A stretch of DNA of 43,621 nucleotides from an uncultured Bacillota bacterium (lineage in GTDB: Bacteria > Bacillota > Clostridia > Christensenellales > Borkfalkiaceae). The translations under genes were made by a program, and so were the position numbers. Where the stretch lies: the NCBI GenBank assembly GCA_949282465.1, contig CASDPM010000108.1:1-43621 (forward strand), given 5' to 3'. Below, piece by piece: positions 1-9,810 of this stretch. The notes below the pieces were generated by a model, which saw only the letters and a list, made by a program, of their open reading frames with translations, did no database searches and had not been told where the DNA came from. Each line of letters starts with the position of its first letter. Positions within the stretch are counted from its first letter, which is position 1.

Positions 1-2152
1 TATCTTTTCTTATTCTTAAAGCGTTACCAACGACGAAAAGCGAACTAAAACACATACACGCCGACGATATTGCAGGAGTTAAAGTAACACCGACAAAAGC
101 AAACACGCCCGCTGCGATGGGTATAGCAATCACGTTATAAAAGAACGCCCAAAACAAATTGCCTTTTATTATTCCAACTGCTTTTTTACTTAAATCTACC
201 GTTTGTGGAAGGGCTTTTAGATTTCCACCAACTAACACGACGTCGGCACTATCTATGGCTATATCAGTTCCCGTTCCCATAGCGATACCTATATCGGCAC
301 TCTTTAACGCAGGACTGTCGTTTATGCCGTCGCCAACCATTGCGACAAAACCATATTCCTTTTTGTAATTTTCAACCGCTTGCGCTTTGTCTTGCGGAAG
401 AACTTCGGCTTGATATTCACACACGCCAACTTCTAATGCAATTCGCTTTGCCACGCTTTCGTTATCGCCCGTAATCATTACCGAACGAATACCGCGCGAC
501 AGTAAGTCTTCTATCGCTTGTTTGCTATCTTTCTTCAAGCAATCGGAAACGCCGAATACCGACACAAGTTGAATTTCGTCTGCAAGATAAATAGCAGTTT
601 TTCCATCAAAATCAGAAGTAAGTTCAAAAATTTTTATATTGTCGGGAATAAGTGATTTATTTCCTAAATAATATTTTACCCCGTCAATCGTTCCTATTAT
701 ACCCTTTCCCGTAACGTATTCGTATTCGGTAACGACTTTATCACTTGCGCCACAGTAATCTTTTACACAATCGGCAAGCGGATGCGAAGATTTACTCTCT
801 AACGCCGAAACAATAGGAAATATCGTATCGTTTGGCTCGTCGGTATAGTTTACGTAATCGGTAACGGTGGGTTTACCTTCGGTTATTGTTGCCGTTTTAT
901 CTAACAATACGCAATGAATCCTACTTGCATTTTGCAACGCCGAAGCATCTTTAAACAGCACGCCCATAGACGCCGCCTTGCCCGTTGCCACCATTACTGC
1001 GACGGGTGTTGCTAGCCCTAGCGCGCACGGGCACGATATTACTAGAACGCTTATACCGAAGTTAAGCGATTTATATAAGTCCTTTGTAATAATCATCCAT
1101 ACGACGAAAGTTATCACGGCAATAGCGGTAACGATAGGAACGAACACCCCTGCAACTTTATCTGCAAATTTTTGCGCAGGGGCTTTACTTGCGCCCGCCG
1201 TCTTAACTATTTCTACTATCTTGGAAAAGAGCGTATCACTACCAACTGACGTCGCCTTGACTAAAATATACCCGTTTCTTAAAATACTGCCAGAAGTTAC
1301 GTTTGCACCTTCTGAAAGTTCTACGGGAAGACTTTCGCCCGTTATCGCCGATTTATCTATGCTAGCGTGACCACTTACTATAACACCGTCTACCGCAACG
1401 TAATCGCCTGCTTTTAAGACTAGCACGTCGCCTTGGTTAAGTTCAGCGGTTAAAATCGTAGTTTCCTTGCCGTCTTTTATAATTACCGAAGTTTTAGGCA
1501 TCATGCCCGTAAGTTTATCAATGGCGTCACCCGTCTTGCGCTTTGAAAGTTCTTCAATCCACTTACCAAGCGTTACAAGGCACAACACCATTGCGCTTGC
1601 CTCGTAAAAAACGTGAGGCGGACGATATTCGCTTACGAATACTATAACGGTCATGACGATACTATAAAGATATGCCGACGCCGAACCGAGTGAAACTAGC
1701 GTGTCCATATTAGGCGAACGGTGAATAACCGCTTTTACGCCGTTAACAAAAAACTTATTGTTTATAACCAAAATAACGGTGGCAAGCACCGCTTGAATAC
1801 AAACGTTTACGTGATACGATAATACGGGAAGTGAAAGCATGCCACCCATTGAAAAGTATAATAGTGGCAATAAAAATATCAGCGAAACTATAAAACGCTC
1901 TTTAAGGATTTGTGTTTGGCTTTTTATTTTATTTGTTTCCAAGCCGTAAACACACGCCTTATAGCCGAGTTTTTCCACTATCGCGATTATAGTTTGCGTA
2001 GAAATTTTCGTTTGGTCGAAATCAACGTACATTACACCTTCTAAAAGCGCAACCGAAACAGAGTTTACGCCTTCTATTTTAGACAAGTTTCGTTCAATAC
2101 CCATAGAGCAATTTGAACACGTCATACCACCGACCGTAAATTTTTCTTTCAT
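1..2152 (-). CDS. copA: Cu(I)-type P1B heavy-metal P-type ATPase; C-terminal end runs off the window
   Basis: Hand translation of the minus strand from ATG 2152-2150 (AGGAG upstream) stays open to position 2. Motifs seen: MKEKFTVGGMTCSNC (GMTCxxC), ITGESLPV, SCPCALGLATP (CPC), LLDKTATIT (phosphorylation site variant), MITGDN, GDGINDSPAL, and FFYNV plus MCFSS (YN / MxxSS Cu signature). It is missing from the ORF track only because no stop lies inside the window. Confidence 0.85.
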   Translation of the reverse strand, partial: MKEKFTVGGMTCSNCSMGIERNLSKIEGVNSVSVALLEGVMYVDFDQTKISTQTIIAIVEKLGYKACVYGLETNKIKSQTQILKERFIVSLIFLLPLLYFSMGGMLSLPVLSYHVNVCIQAVLATVILVINNKFFVNGVKAVIHRSPNMDTLVSLGSASAYLYSIVMTVIVFVSEYRPPHVFYEASAMVLCLVTLGKWIEELSKRKTGDAIDKLTGMMPKTSVIIKDGKETTILTAELNQGDVLVLKAGDYVAVDGVIVSGHASIDKSAITGESLPVELSEGANVTSGSILRNGYILVKATSVGSDTLFSKIVEIVKTAGASKAPAQKFADKVAGVFVPIVTAIAVITFVVWMIITKDLYKSLNFGISVLVISCPCALGLATPVAVMVATGKAASMGVLFKDASALQNASRIHCVLLDKTATITEGKPTVTDYVNYTDEPNDTIFPIVSALESKSSHPLADCVKDYCGASDKVVTEYEYVTGKGIIGTIDGVKYYLGNKSLIPDNIKIFELTSDFDGKTAIYLADEIQLVSVFGVSDCLKKDSKQAIEDLLSRGIRSVMITGDNESVAKRIALEVGVCEYQAEVLPQDKAQAVENYKKEYGFVAMVGDGINDSPALKSADIGIAMGTGTDIAIDSADVVLVGGNLKALPQTVDLSKKAVGIIKGNLFWAFFYNVIAIPIAAGVFAFVGVTLTPAISSACMCFSSLFVVGNALRIRKD

Positions 2153-2268
2153 ATCAATCTCCTTTTTTTTATTTTACCACAACGTGACGATTTTTTCAAG
2201 AAAAAGTTACCCCCACGCTATAAGTTAGCGCAGGGGCAACTCTTGTTATTATGAATTAAGCTATTGTT

Positions 2269-2430
2269 TTATTTATCTTTTTTTGTTTTGCAAGAAGAAC
2301 AACTTTTACAAGACGTGCAGTCGCACCCACACGAAGATTTACCTTTCTTCTTGTTAACGATACCTAACACAATCGTACCGACAACAATTGCCACACATAC
2401 AACTATTATTATAACGTCTACAACGCCCAT
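2269..2430 (-). CDS. FeoB-associated Cys-rich small membrane protein (53 aa)
   Basis: Not in the track (<60 aa). The ATG overlaps the feoB stop (TAATG at 2432-2428). Translation is MGVVDVIIIVVCVAIVVGTIVLGIVNKKKGKSSCGCDCTSCKSCSSCKTKKDK: one TM helix followed by a Cys-rich tail, which is the typical architecture of the FeoB-associated family. Stop TAA at 2269-2271. Confidence 0.8.
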   Translation of the reverse strand: MGVVDVIIIVVCVAIVVGTIVLGIVNKKKGKSSCGCDCTSCKSCSSCKTKKDK

Positions 2431-4721
2431 TAGTTAACTCCTTTAACAGGATGTTTTTTGTTATAAGCACGAATCGCAAACACAACCCCAACTGCCACAG
2501 CCAAGAAAATAAATAACGTCCACCACCAAGAAAGCACAACGTAAACGATAGTGCTTACTACGTATGAAGTAACGATCCAAAAGAGCAACGTCCACTTAAA
2601 TTTACCCTTAGTCGTTTCACCTTTTGCTGCTGCAACTGCCGCAAAGCAAGGAATAGTTGTCATATTAAATACTATAAACGATATGAGTGCCGGCCACGTG
2701 ATGCCCGTGCCGAGAACCATAAGATATACGTCGTTTGCGCCTTCTGCTGCGAGTTCGGGAACACCTGTTCCAAGGGCTACGAATAAAGCGCCGAGTGTAC
2801 CAAACGTTGCAATAACTTCTTCTTTTGCAATAAGTCCCGTAACGGCTGCAACAACGAATACCCAACCGAAACTGTTAAGTTGACTACCAAAACCGAGTGG
2901 TGTAAAGAATGGTTGCAAGAACTGACCGATTGATGCGAGAATAGAGTTATTGATATCTCCCGTCATGTTCCAATTCCAAGTAAAGTTCGATAAGAACCAT
3001 ACGACGATCGTTGACGCTAAAATAATGGTGAATACCTTTTTAACGTAATGTTTGGTTTTGTCCCAAAGGTGGATCATCAACCCCTTGAACGAAGGTACGT
3101 GGTATGCGGGAAGTTCCATTATAAAGGGTGAAACTTCACCACGTTGAGTGGTAGAACGCATAAGTATTATCGAAACGATTGCAACTACCATGCCGACAAC
3201 GTACATAAGGAAACTTATGATACTGCCATCCCCCATTCCTACCATATGAGCAACTGCGCCTGCAACTGCAACGAGTATAGGAAGTTTTGCACCGCAAGAG
3301 AAGAACGGAATAGTTCTCAAAGTCAAAGTACGTTCCCTTTCATCAGTAAGCGTTCTAGTATTTACCATAGCGGGGATTGAACAACCAAAGCCCATTATCA
3401 TAGGAATAAACGCTCTACCCGAAACACCGAAACGACGGAAAATTCTATCAAGAATAAACGCAACACGAGCCATATAACCTGTATCTTCCAAGATGGAAAG
3501 GAACAATAATAGCACGATAATTTGCGGAACGAAAGAAAGTACTCCACCAAGACCGCCCAAAATACCGTCACCAACAAGCCCTAACACCCATTCGGATGCG
3601 CCGAGTGCTTCTAAGCCAAGCGTTATATAACCGAACAAAGTAGAAGTAATTAAATCCATCAAGTTAAACAGTATTACGCCTGGTGTAAATATCGCGCCGT
3701 CATATATACAAGCAAGTAGCGATACGCCGAAGTTTGATGCCACCATTTCCCCTTCCACTTCAACCAAAAGTCCTAAGTCTTCGAGTGACGGAAGTGCGAA
3801 AATTTTACTCAAATACAAGAAGTCTTCGCCAAACGTTAAGTGAAAAATTGCAAAGAGTATTACCAAGAATATGGGAATACCCGCCCATTTGTTTGTAAGC
3901 ACTTTATCAGCCTTGTCAGACTTTGAAAGCTTAACACCCTTTTCCTTCTTGGTCATAAGGGGTGAATAGTTTTTCGATATGTATTTATAGCGTGCATCAG
4001 CAACCAACGCCTCAAAATCAGTACCAAACAAATCGTTCTTAAACGTCGACTTAAATTCGTCAACCATCTTAATCGTCGTTGCGTGCATTTTAACTTCAAG
4101 TTCGTCGTTTTCAACAAGTTTTATTGCATGGAACAAGGGATTTTCAATGCTTTGCCCTTCCAAAGCAATTCTTACGTCGTTAATAAGATGATAGAGTTCA
4201 CAGCCTTCTAATACCGTCTTACCCTTTCTGGCTTTTAGACTTGTTTCCAAAGCCCTATCCATTAGTTCTTTTAGCCCCGTTCCCTTTAACGCCGAGATTT
4301 TAACCACTGGTATGCCGAGCCTATTTTCTAATTCTTTTTCGTCTATCTTATCGCCTTGTTTATCGACCATATCCATCATGTTAAGGGCAATTACCATAGG
4401 AACGTCCATTTCCATGATTTGAGTGGTAAGATACAAATTTCGCTCTAAATTCGTTGCGTCGACGATATTTATAACGCAATCGGGTTTTTCATCTAAAATA
4501 TAGTTCCTTGAAATAATTTCCTCTGGCGTATAAGGTGATAGTGAATATATACCAGGAAGGTCAATGATAGAAATAGGTTCACTACATTTTTTATACATTC
4601 CTTCCCTTTTATCTACCGTAACGCCCGGCCAGTTACCAACGTGAGCCGTAGAACCGGTTAGATTGTTAAAAAGCGTCGTTTTACCACAGTTTGGGTTACC
4701 TGCTAACGCAAATCTCTTCAT
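2430..4721 (-). CDS. feoB: ferrous iron transporter FeoB
   Basis: 763-aa ORF. N-terminal G-domain GNPNCGKTTLFN, followed by a polytopic membrane domain. Start overlaps the feoA stop (TAATG). Confidence 0.95.
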   Translation of the reverse strand: MKRFALAGNPNCGKTTLFNNLTGSTAHVGNWPGVTVDKREGMYKKCSEPISIIDLPGIYSLSPYTPEEIISRNYILDEKPDCVINIVDATNLERNLYLTTQIMEMDVPMVIALNMMDMVDKQGDKIDEKELENRLGIPVVKISALKGTGLKELMDRALETSLKARKGKTVLEGCELYHLINDVRIALEGQSIENPLFHAIKLVENDELEVKMHATTIKMVDEFKSTFKNDLFGTDFEALVADARYKYISKNYSPLMTKKEKGVKLSKSDKADKVLTNKWAGIPIFLVILFAIFHLTFGEDFLYLSKIFALPSLEDLGLLVEVEGEMVASNFGVSLLACIYDGAIFTPGVILFNLMDLITSTLFGYITLGLEALGASEWVLGLVGDGILGGLGGVLSFVPQIIVLLLFLSILEDTGYMARVAFILDRIFRRFGVSGRAFIPMIMGFGCSIPAMVNTRTLTDERERTLTLRTIPFFSCGAKLPILVAVAGAVAHMVGMGDGSIISFLMYVVGMVVAIVSIILMRSTTQRGEVSPFIMELPAYHVPSFKGLMIHLWDKTKHYVKKVFTIILASTIVVWFLSNFTWNWNMTGDINNSILASIGQFLQPFFTPLGFGSQLNSFGWVFVVAAVTGLIAKEEVIATFGTLGALFVALGTGVPELAAEGANDVYLMVLGTGITWPALISFIVFNMTTIPCFAAVAAAKGETTKGKFKWTLLFWIVTSYVVSTIVYVVLSWWWTLFIFLAVAVGVVFAIRAYNKKHPVKGVN

Positions 4722-4951
4722 TACGCTTTAACCTCCAACGTGACGCATTTCGCTTCGGTTTTACGAAGTGTAAGTTCGTATCCCCTAATAGTAACTTCGA
4801 GTGGATCGCCGAGCGGTGCTTTTTTACGAAGGAATACTTCCGCACCTGGGGTAACGCCCATATCGAAAAGTCTTCTCTTAATTTTTGGATCGGCTTCAAC
4901 TTTAACTATAACGCCAAGTTCGCCTATCGAAAATTCGCTTAACTTTTTCAT
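4721..4951 (-). CDS. feoA: FeoA family protein
   Basis: 76-aa ORF of FeoA/SH3-like size with a sequence pattern typical of FeoA (GxxVxIxxI...RLxDMGxxPG). AAAGGAG SD upstream. Translationally coupled to feoB. Confidence 0.9.
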   Translation of the reverse strand: MKKLSEFSIGELGVIVKVEADPKIKRRLFDMGVTPGAEVFLRKKAPLGDPLEVTIRGYELTLRKTEAKCVTLEVKA

Positions 4952-4972
4952 TTATTTTTCTCCTTTTATTAT

Positions 4973-5185
4973 TTACGCAACTAAAATCTTCATCGAAAGC
5001 GTGCCGTCTAGCGCAAGCCTTGAATTTTTGACCAAACAAATGCTTGTCTTTCCACTCTTGGAAATTACTTGTATTGTGGAATTTACGGTTATGCCTATAT
5101 CTTCCAAGTGTCTTTTGGTCTCTTCATCCGCCGTGATTTTCAATACCCTTAAATCCTGCCCTATGGGCGCAAGTGCTATCGGCAT
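4973..5185 (-). CDS. feoA: second FeoA family protein (70 aa from internal start)
   Basis: The track ORF 4973..5266 is probably over-extended. The internal ATG at 5185 is preceded by AAAGGAGAGAAA. The product MPIALAPIGQDLRVLKI...HLEDIGITVNSTI is FeoA-like. Confidence 0.8.
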   Translation of the reverse strand: MPIALAPIGQDLRVLKITADEETKRHLEDIGITVNSTIQVISKSGKTSICLVKNSRLALDGTLSMKILVA

Positions 5186-5311
5186 TTTCTCTCCTTTGTT
5201 TCTAAATGTGAAACTTGTTTCATGTTTTAACGTCCATATATTATCATTTATATTCGGCATTGTCAACTAAAATGTGAAACTTTTTTCAGATTTTTCAAAA
5301 AAATTTTTCCC

Positions 5312-5340
5312 TTGACTTTTTATTAAGTTTAATATACAAT
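5312..5340 (+). promoter_or_regulatory. putative sigma-A promoter of the TetR gene (mRNA would be near-leaderless)
   Basis: TTGACT (5312-5317), 17 nt, TACAAT (5335-5340). The ATG at 5350 has no Shine-Dalgarno sequence. Confidence 0.4.
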
Positions 5341-5349
5341 ATATAATAT

Positions 5350-5949
5350 ATGAAAAACGTAGTTAGAGAACCGAGCCAAAAACGCTCGATTGAAAAGAAA
5401 AATAAAATAATTCAAGCAGGTTATGAACTTTTTTCCGAAGTTGGTTATTACGGAACTAATACTGCGGAAATTGCCAAGCGTGCAGGCGTTTCTACGGGAA
5501 TAGTTTACGGGTATTTCCAAGATAAACGTGATATTTTGATTTGTGTTTTGGAAGTTTATATCGAAAAGGCGTTCGACCCCTTAATTAAAATGTTTGATAA
5601 ACTTTCCGCGCCTATCAAATTTAACGATTTAGTGCCGAAAATTATCAATGCCGTTATAAAAACGCACAAACAAAATAAAAAAATGCATGAGGCGTTACAT
5701 TCTATGGCAAGTACCGACGAGGCGGTTAATTCGGAATTTATCGCCCTAGAAGATAGCATTACCGTAAAACTTGCCGAGCAACTTAAAAAACTTGGCGTAA
5801 GCATAGAAAACCCTATGGAAAAAATCCATTTTGCTATGGATATAATTCAATCGTTTTCCCACGAATACGTCTTTGATAAACACGAATATATTGATTACGA
5901 CGTTATGCGAGAAATGGTTGTTACAACTATAATTAAAATGTTTGAATAA
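5350..5949 (+). CDS. TetR/AcrR family transcriptional regulator
   Basis: 199 aa. N-terminal HTH TNTAEIAKRAGVSTGIVYGYF is typical of TetR_N. Confidence 0.9.
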   Translation: MKNVVREPSQKRSIEKKNKIIQAGYELFSEVGYYGTNTAEIAKRAGVSTGIVYGYFQDKRDILICVLEVYIEKAFDPLIKMFDKLSAPIKFNDLVPKIINAVIKTHKQNKKMHEALHSMASTDEAVNSEFIALEDSITVKLAEQLKKLGVSIENPMEKIHFAMDIIQSFSHEYVFDKHEYIDYDVMREMVVTTIIKMFE

Positions 5950-5975
5950 AAAAAGTCGGCTTTTGCCGACCTTTT
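5948..5975. terminator. bidirectional intrinsic terminator between the TetR gene and the U32 peptidase gene
   Basis: GTCGGC-TTTT-GCCGAC hairpin (5955-5970), flanked by an A-run and a T-run. Confidence 0.75.
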
Positions 5976-7194
5976 ATATTTTTACTCGCAATATATCGCC
6001 CACGCATAGTTGTATATCTGTATAAAGCCTTATTTTTTGTTGAACGATTTTTGCATCTTCTATTATATTACCCTTTTCGTCTTCAATCTTATCGACGGTT
6101 ATTTGTTTATTAAAACTATCGGTTGGCGCTAAAACTTCTAGCACGTCGCCAACCTTAAAACGGTTGCGCATTTCGATTAAAGCGTAATCGATACCGTTAT
6201 TATCTTCCAAAACCGTTGCAATAAACTTATGACTACCTTTGCTTTGACTATCGTCGTAGTTGACGGTACGGTTATTTTCACCCGTCAAATAGGCGGTAGT
6301 GAATTCACGGTGTGCAGTCTTTTTAAGTTCTTGTTGATAAAGCGGATTATTTTTATACTCTTCACCTATCGTATAAAAGGCGTCGAGCGCGCGCCTATAC
6401 GCATTTATTACCGTCGCTAAATAGTATTCCGATTTCATTCTTCCTTCTATCTTGAACGAACAAACGCCTGCCTTGGCAAGTTCCGATATATAATCTAAAA
6501 GATTTAGGTCCTTACTATTCATTATGTAAGTTCCACGTTCATCTTCTTCCATTGTAAGATAACCGCACTCGGAATCCTTTTCCCTTATTTCGTAATTCCA
6601 TCGGCAAGCCTGAACACACTCGCCACGGTTACTAGATCTTCCTGTACGATAATCGGAAAGCAAACAACGCCCACTATACGCTATACACATTGCACCGTGT
6701 ATAAACGTTTCTATTTCCATATCGGGAACGCGTTCGTGTATTTCGGCTATCTCTTTTAAGGAAAGTTCCCTTGCTAAAATTACTCGCTTTACGCCCTGCT
6801 TTTTCCAAAATTCCACCGTCTTATAATTTAAAGTGTTAGCCTGCGTAGAAACGTTTATCGCAAGGTTTGGCGCAACTTCTCTTGCAAGGCTTATAAGCCC
6901 CGTGTCAGAAACGATTGCCCCGTCAATATTTATTTCTTCCAAAAACTTAAAATAATTTTCGGCAAACTCTATATCGGAATTCCTGCCGAATATATTTACC
7001 GTCACGTAAATCTTTTTACCGAGTGAGTGAGCGTATTCGGTTGCAGTCTTTAATTCGTCGTCGGTAAAATTGCCCGCAAGCGCGCGTAGGCTCATATTCT
7101 TTCCACCAACGTAAACGGCGTCTGCGCCGAAGTGGAAAGCCGTTTTAAGTTTTTGCATATCGCCCGCAGGCGACAATAATTCAATCTTCATCAT
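5974..7194 (-). CDS. peptidase U32 family protein (YrrO/TrhP-like)
   Basis: 406 aa. N-terminus MKIELLSPAGD...AVYVGG is typical of the U32 family. It overlaps the upstream O-methyltransferase gene, as in the Bacillus yrrM-yrrN-yrrO arrangement. Confidence 0.85.
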   Translation of the reverse strand: MMKIELLSPAGDMQKLKTAFHFGADAVYVGGKNMSLRALAGNFTDDELKTATEYAHSLGKKIYVTVNIFGRNSDIEFAENYFKFLEEINIDGAIVSDTGLISLAREVAPNLAINVSTQANTLNYKTVEFWKKQGVKRVILARELSLKEIAEIHERVPDMEIETFIHGAMCIAYSGRCLLSDYRTGRSSNRGECVQACRWNYEIREKDSECGYLTMEEDERGTYIMNSKDLNLLDYISELAKAGVCSFKIEGRMKSEYYLATVINAYRRALDAFYTIGEEYKNNPLYQQELKKTAHREFTTAYLTGENNRTVNYDDSQSKGSHKFIATVLEDNNGIDYALIEMRNRFKVGDVLEVLAPTDSFNKQITVDKIEDEKGNIIEDAKIVQQKIRLYTDIQLCVGDILRVKI

Positions 7195-7778
7195 ATCAGT
7201 TTTTCCGTTATACTTATACCGTCTTCTATATCGTATAATGTGGTTTTTAGGTTTTCGTCATTTTGGATAGCGTTCAAAAAGTTTTCCATACTGTGCTTGG
7301 TCGTTGCATATCTATGCGGTGTTTTAACGTTTACATTAACGTAACCCCTAAAAAGCACGTTATCGGCAAAAAGCACTCCGCCATTATTTAGCACGGCAAG
7401 TAAATGTGGTAAATATTCATAGTAATGCCCTTTCGGTCCATCCAAAAAAATAAAGTCGTAATTACCAGTAAGCACGGGTATAATTTCAGAAGCGTCCCCA
7501 CAAAAGATTTTCGCTCTATTTTCCACCCCAAAAGCCTTGTAGTTTGCAGTAGCGCGCTTTATCGCAAGATCATCTATCTCTATACCCGTCAACTTTGCAT
7601 CGGGCAAGGTGCAAAGGATTGCAAGCCCCGAAAGCCCACGATTTACGCCTATTTCCAAAACCGTTTTAGGTTTATACTTTTTTACCGTTTTTAGCAAAAG
7701 GTCAAATGATTTATCACGAAGAACGGGATCACCTTCGGCTTTTGCCTGCGCCCTTAACTCTTTAATTTTATCTATCAC
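7191..7778 (-). CDS. class I SAM-dependent O-methyltransferase, family 3 (YrrM/TrmR-like)
   Basis: 195 aa. SAM motif I VLEIGVNRGLSG, plus DFIFLDGPKGHY, both typical of O-methyltransferase family 3. 4-nt overlap with the U32 gene. Confidence 0.8.
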   Translation of the reverse strand: MIDKIKELRAQAKAEGDPVLRDKSFDLLLKTVKKYKPKTVLEIGVNRGLSGLAILCTLPDAKLTGIEIDDLAIKRATANYKAFGVENRAKIFCGDASEIIPVLTGNYDFIFLDGPKGHYYEYLPHLLAVLNNGGVLFADNVLFRGYVNVNVKTPHRYATTKHSMENFLNAIQNDENLKTTLYDIEDGISITEKLI

Positions 7779-7779
7779 G

Positions 7780-9570
7780 TTATATCACCAACACCACGGG
7801 AAGTATCAAAGGATTTTTCTTGGTCGCTTTGAACAAGTAATTCTTAATGCTTCTACGGATTATGCCCTTTAACTCTTCTTCGTCGCGTAGGGTACGAATA
7901 TCTACCTTTTTAAGCGCCTGCATAACGTTCTCTTTGGCTTCTTTTAACAACACTTCGCTCATAACCAAGCCACGACAAACTATTTCCACCGTCCTAAATT
8001 CCAACGAAAGTTCGTCAATACCGACTGCAACTGTTACAAGCCCGTCTTCCGAAAGGCGTATTCTATCGCGCAGTACCGAACTGTCGGTATCGTCTATACC
8101 AACGCCGTCAACAAACCTTGCGCCTGCCGAAAACTTTTCACCAAACTTTATGGTATCCGACGAAAGTTCAACCGTATCGCCTATTTCGGCAATCAAGATG
8201 TTATGTTCTTTCATACCAAGGCTTTCCGCCAAGCGAGCGTGCTTTTTTAAATGACGGTATTCGCCGTGTACGGGTATGAAGAATTTGGGTTTGACGAGCG
8301 AGTGCAAAACTTTAAGTTCATCACGGCAAGCATGTCCCGATACGTGTATCGGTTCTAGCGATTCGTAAATAACTTCCGCACCTAATCTATACAGGTTGTT
8401 TATTACCCCGTAAATCATTTTTTCGTTACCAGGAATTACCGATGCACTTATTACTACCGTATCGTTTTTGCCGATTACCACTTTATTAAATTCACCACTA
8501 GCCATTCTCGTAAGTGCACTCATAGGTTCGCCCTGCGTACCCGTTGATACTATTACTATTTGTTCGTCCTTATAACTTTTAGTGCGTTCTACGTCGATTA
8601 TTAAGCCTTCGGGAATATATAATTCGCCTATCTTTGACGCTGCGTCGGCAATATTTATCATACTTCTACCCGAGAAAGCGACCTTCCTTTTATACTTGAC
8701 CGCCAAATCGAGAATTTGTTGTAATCTATGAACGTTAGACGCAAAAGTTGCGATTATAAGACGCCTATTTATATTATCGCCGAAAACGTGTTCCAAAGTT
8801 TCTTTAACTACCGATTCACTCATGGTCGTTCCGCTGATCTCTATATTCGTAGAATCCGCCATAAGAAGAAGTACACCCTTTTTACCTATTTCGGAAATGC
8901 GGTTAAGGTCCATTGTTTCGCCGTTTACGGGGGTAAAGTCTATCTTAAAATCGCCAGAATGAAACACTACCCCGACGGGCGTTGTTATAGACAATGCGAT
9001 TGCACCTGCTATGGAATGGTTTACGTTAATAAACTCTATCGAGAAACACCCGAGTTTTATTACGCTACCCGCTCTTATACAGTTAAGGCTTACGTCGTTA
9101 AGTTTATGTTCTTTGAGTTTATTTTCGATAAGCGTGAGCGTGAGTTTCGTGCCGAAAACAGGGGCGTTAATTTCTTTTAGAATATACGGAAGACTACCTA
9201 TGTGGTCTTCATGCCCGTGCGTTATCACAAAACCTTTAATGTGTGCTTTGTTTTGTTCAAGATAAGTTGCATCTGGAAGAACTACGTCTACACCCGGCAT
9301 ATTATCGCTTGGAAAAGTTATTCCCGCGTCAATTACGATTATATCTTTACCAAATTCAATCGCGGTCATGTTTTTACCTATTTCGCCAACGCCACCTAAA
9401 AACCTTACTTTTAAAACCTTCTTTTCCTTTTTCTTATCGGATTTAATTTGCACAACTTGTTGTTTTTTGATAGAAACTTTTACCTTTTTTTGTTTAGGTG
9501 GATTTTTTGCTTTTGCCACTGGCTTTGCCGTAGTGGGCTTTCCACCCTTATTATTCTTTTTAGTATTCAA
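7780..9570 (-). CDS. rnj: ribonuclease J with a Lys-rich N-terminal extension
   Basis: 596 aa. Beta-lactamase/beta-CASP core with LGGVGEIGKNM and HGHEDHIG. TTG start at 9570 preceded by AAAGGAG. Confidence 0.9.
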   Translation of the reverse strand: MNTKKNNKGGKPTTAKPVAKAKNPPKQKKVKVSIKKQQVVQIKSDKKKEKKVLKVRFLGGVGEIGKNMTAIEFGKDIIVIDAGITFPSDNMPGVDVVLPDATYLEQNKAHIKGFVITHGHEDHIGSLPYILKEINAPVFGTKLTLTLIENKLKEHKLNDVSLNCIRAGSVIKLGCFSIEFINVNHSIAGAIALSITTPVGVVFHSGDFKIDFTPVNGETMDLNRISEIGKKGVLLLMADSTNIEISGTTMSESVVKETLEHVFGDNINRRLIIATFASNVHRLQQILDLAVKYKRKVAFSGRSMINIADAASKIGELYIPEGLIIDVERTKSYKDEQIVIVSTGTQGEPMSALTRMASGEFNKVVIGKNDTVVISASVIPGNEKMIYGVINNLYRLGAEVIYESLEPIHVSGHACRDELKVLHSLVKPKFFIPVHGEYRHLKKHARLAESLGMKEHNILIAEIGDTVELSSDTIKFGEKFSAGARFVDGVGIDDTDSSVLRDRIRLSEDGLVTVAVGIDELSLEFRTVEIVCRGLVMSEVLLKEAKENVMQALKKVDIRTLRDEEELKGIIRRSIKNYLFKATKKNPLILPVVLVI

Positions 9571-9810
9571 ATTTTCTCCTTTATATAAACGGAATGACCG
9601 TTTGTAAGTTTTTTTACCCCTTTATTATACACATTTTACCATAAAAAGTAAAACGTATTTAAAAGTAAGTAAAAGATTTTGACAAACCTGACCAAAAAAC
9701 GCTTGAAAAAAAAGTCGTATAATAGTATACTATTATCAATCGTTTTGTTAAAGATAGTTTAACTTTCGGTTTTAACTTAAGAAATACACTTTACTATAAG
9801 GAGATATATT

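Noticed and set aside
4740-5270. Long antisense ORFs inside real genes, for example 4740..5270, 11499..11882, 24807..25409, 27742..28260, 28777..29214, 26352..26723, 978..1370 and 159..368.
   Set aside because: They are shadow ORFs opposite well-supported genes with recognisable motifs. They lack SD sequences and have low-complexity or odd amino-acid composition.
9679-9731. Candidate promoter elements upstream of serC (TTGACA at 9679, and TTGAAA-17-TATACT at 9703-9731).
   Set aside because: The TTGACA has no -10 partner at a proper spacing. The second candidate is plausible but has a weak -10 element. The evidence is insufficient to list either as a feature.
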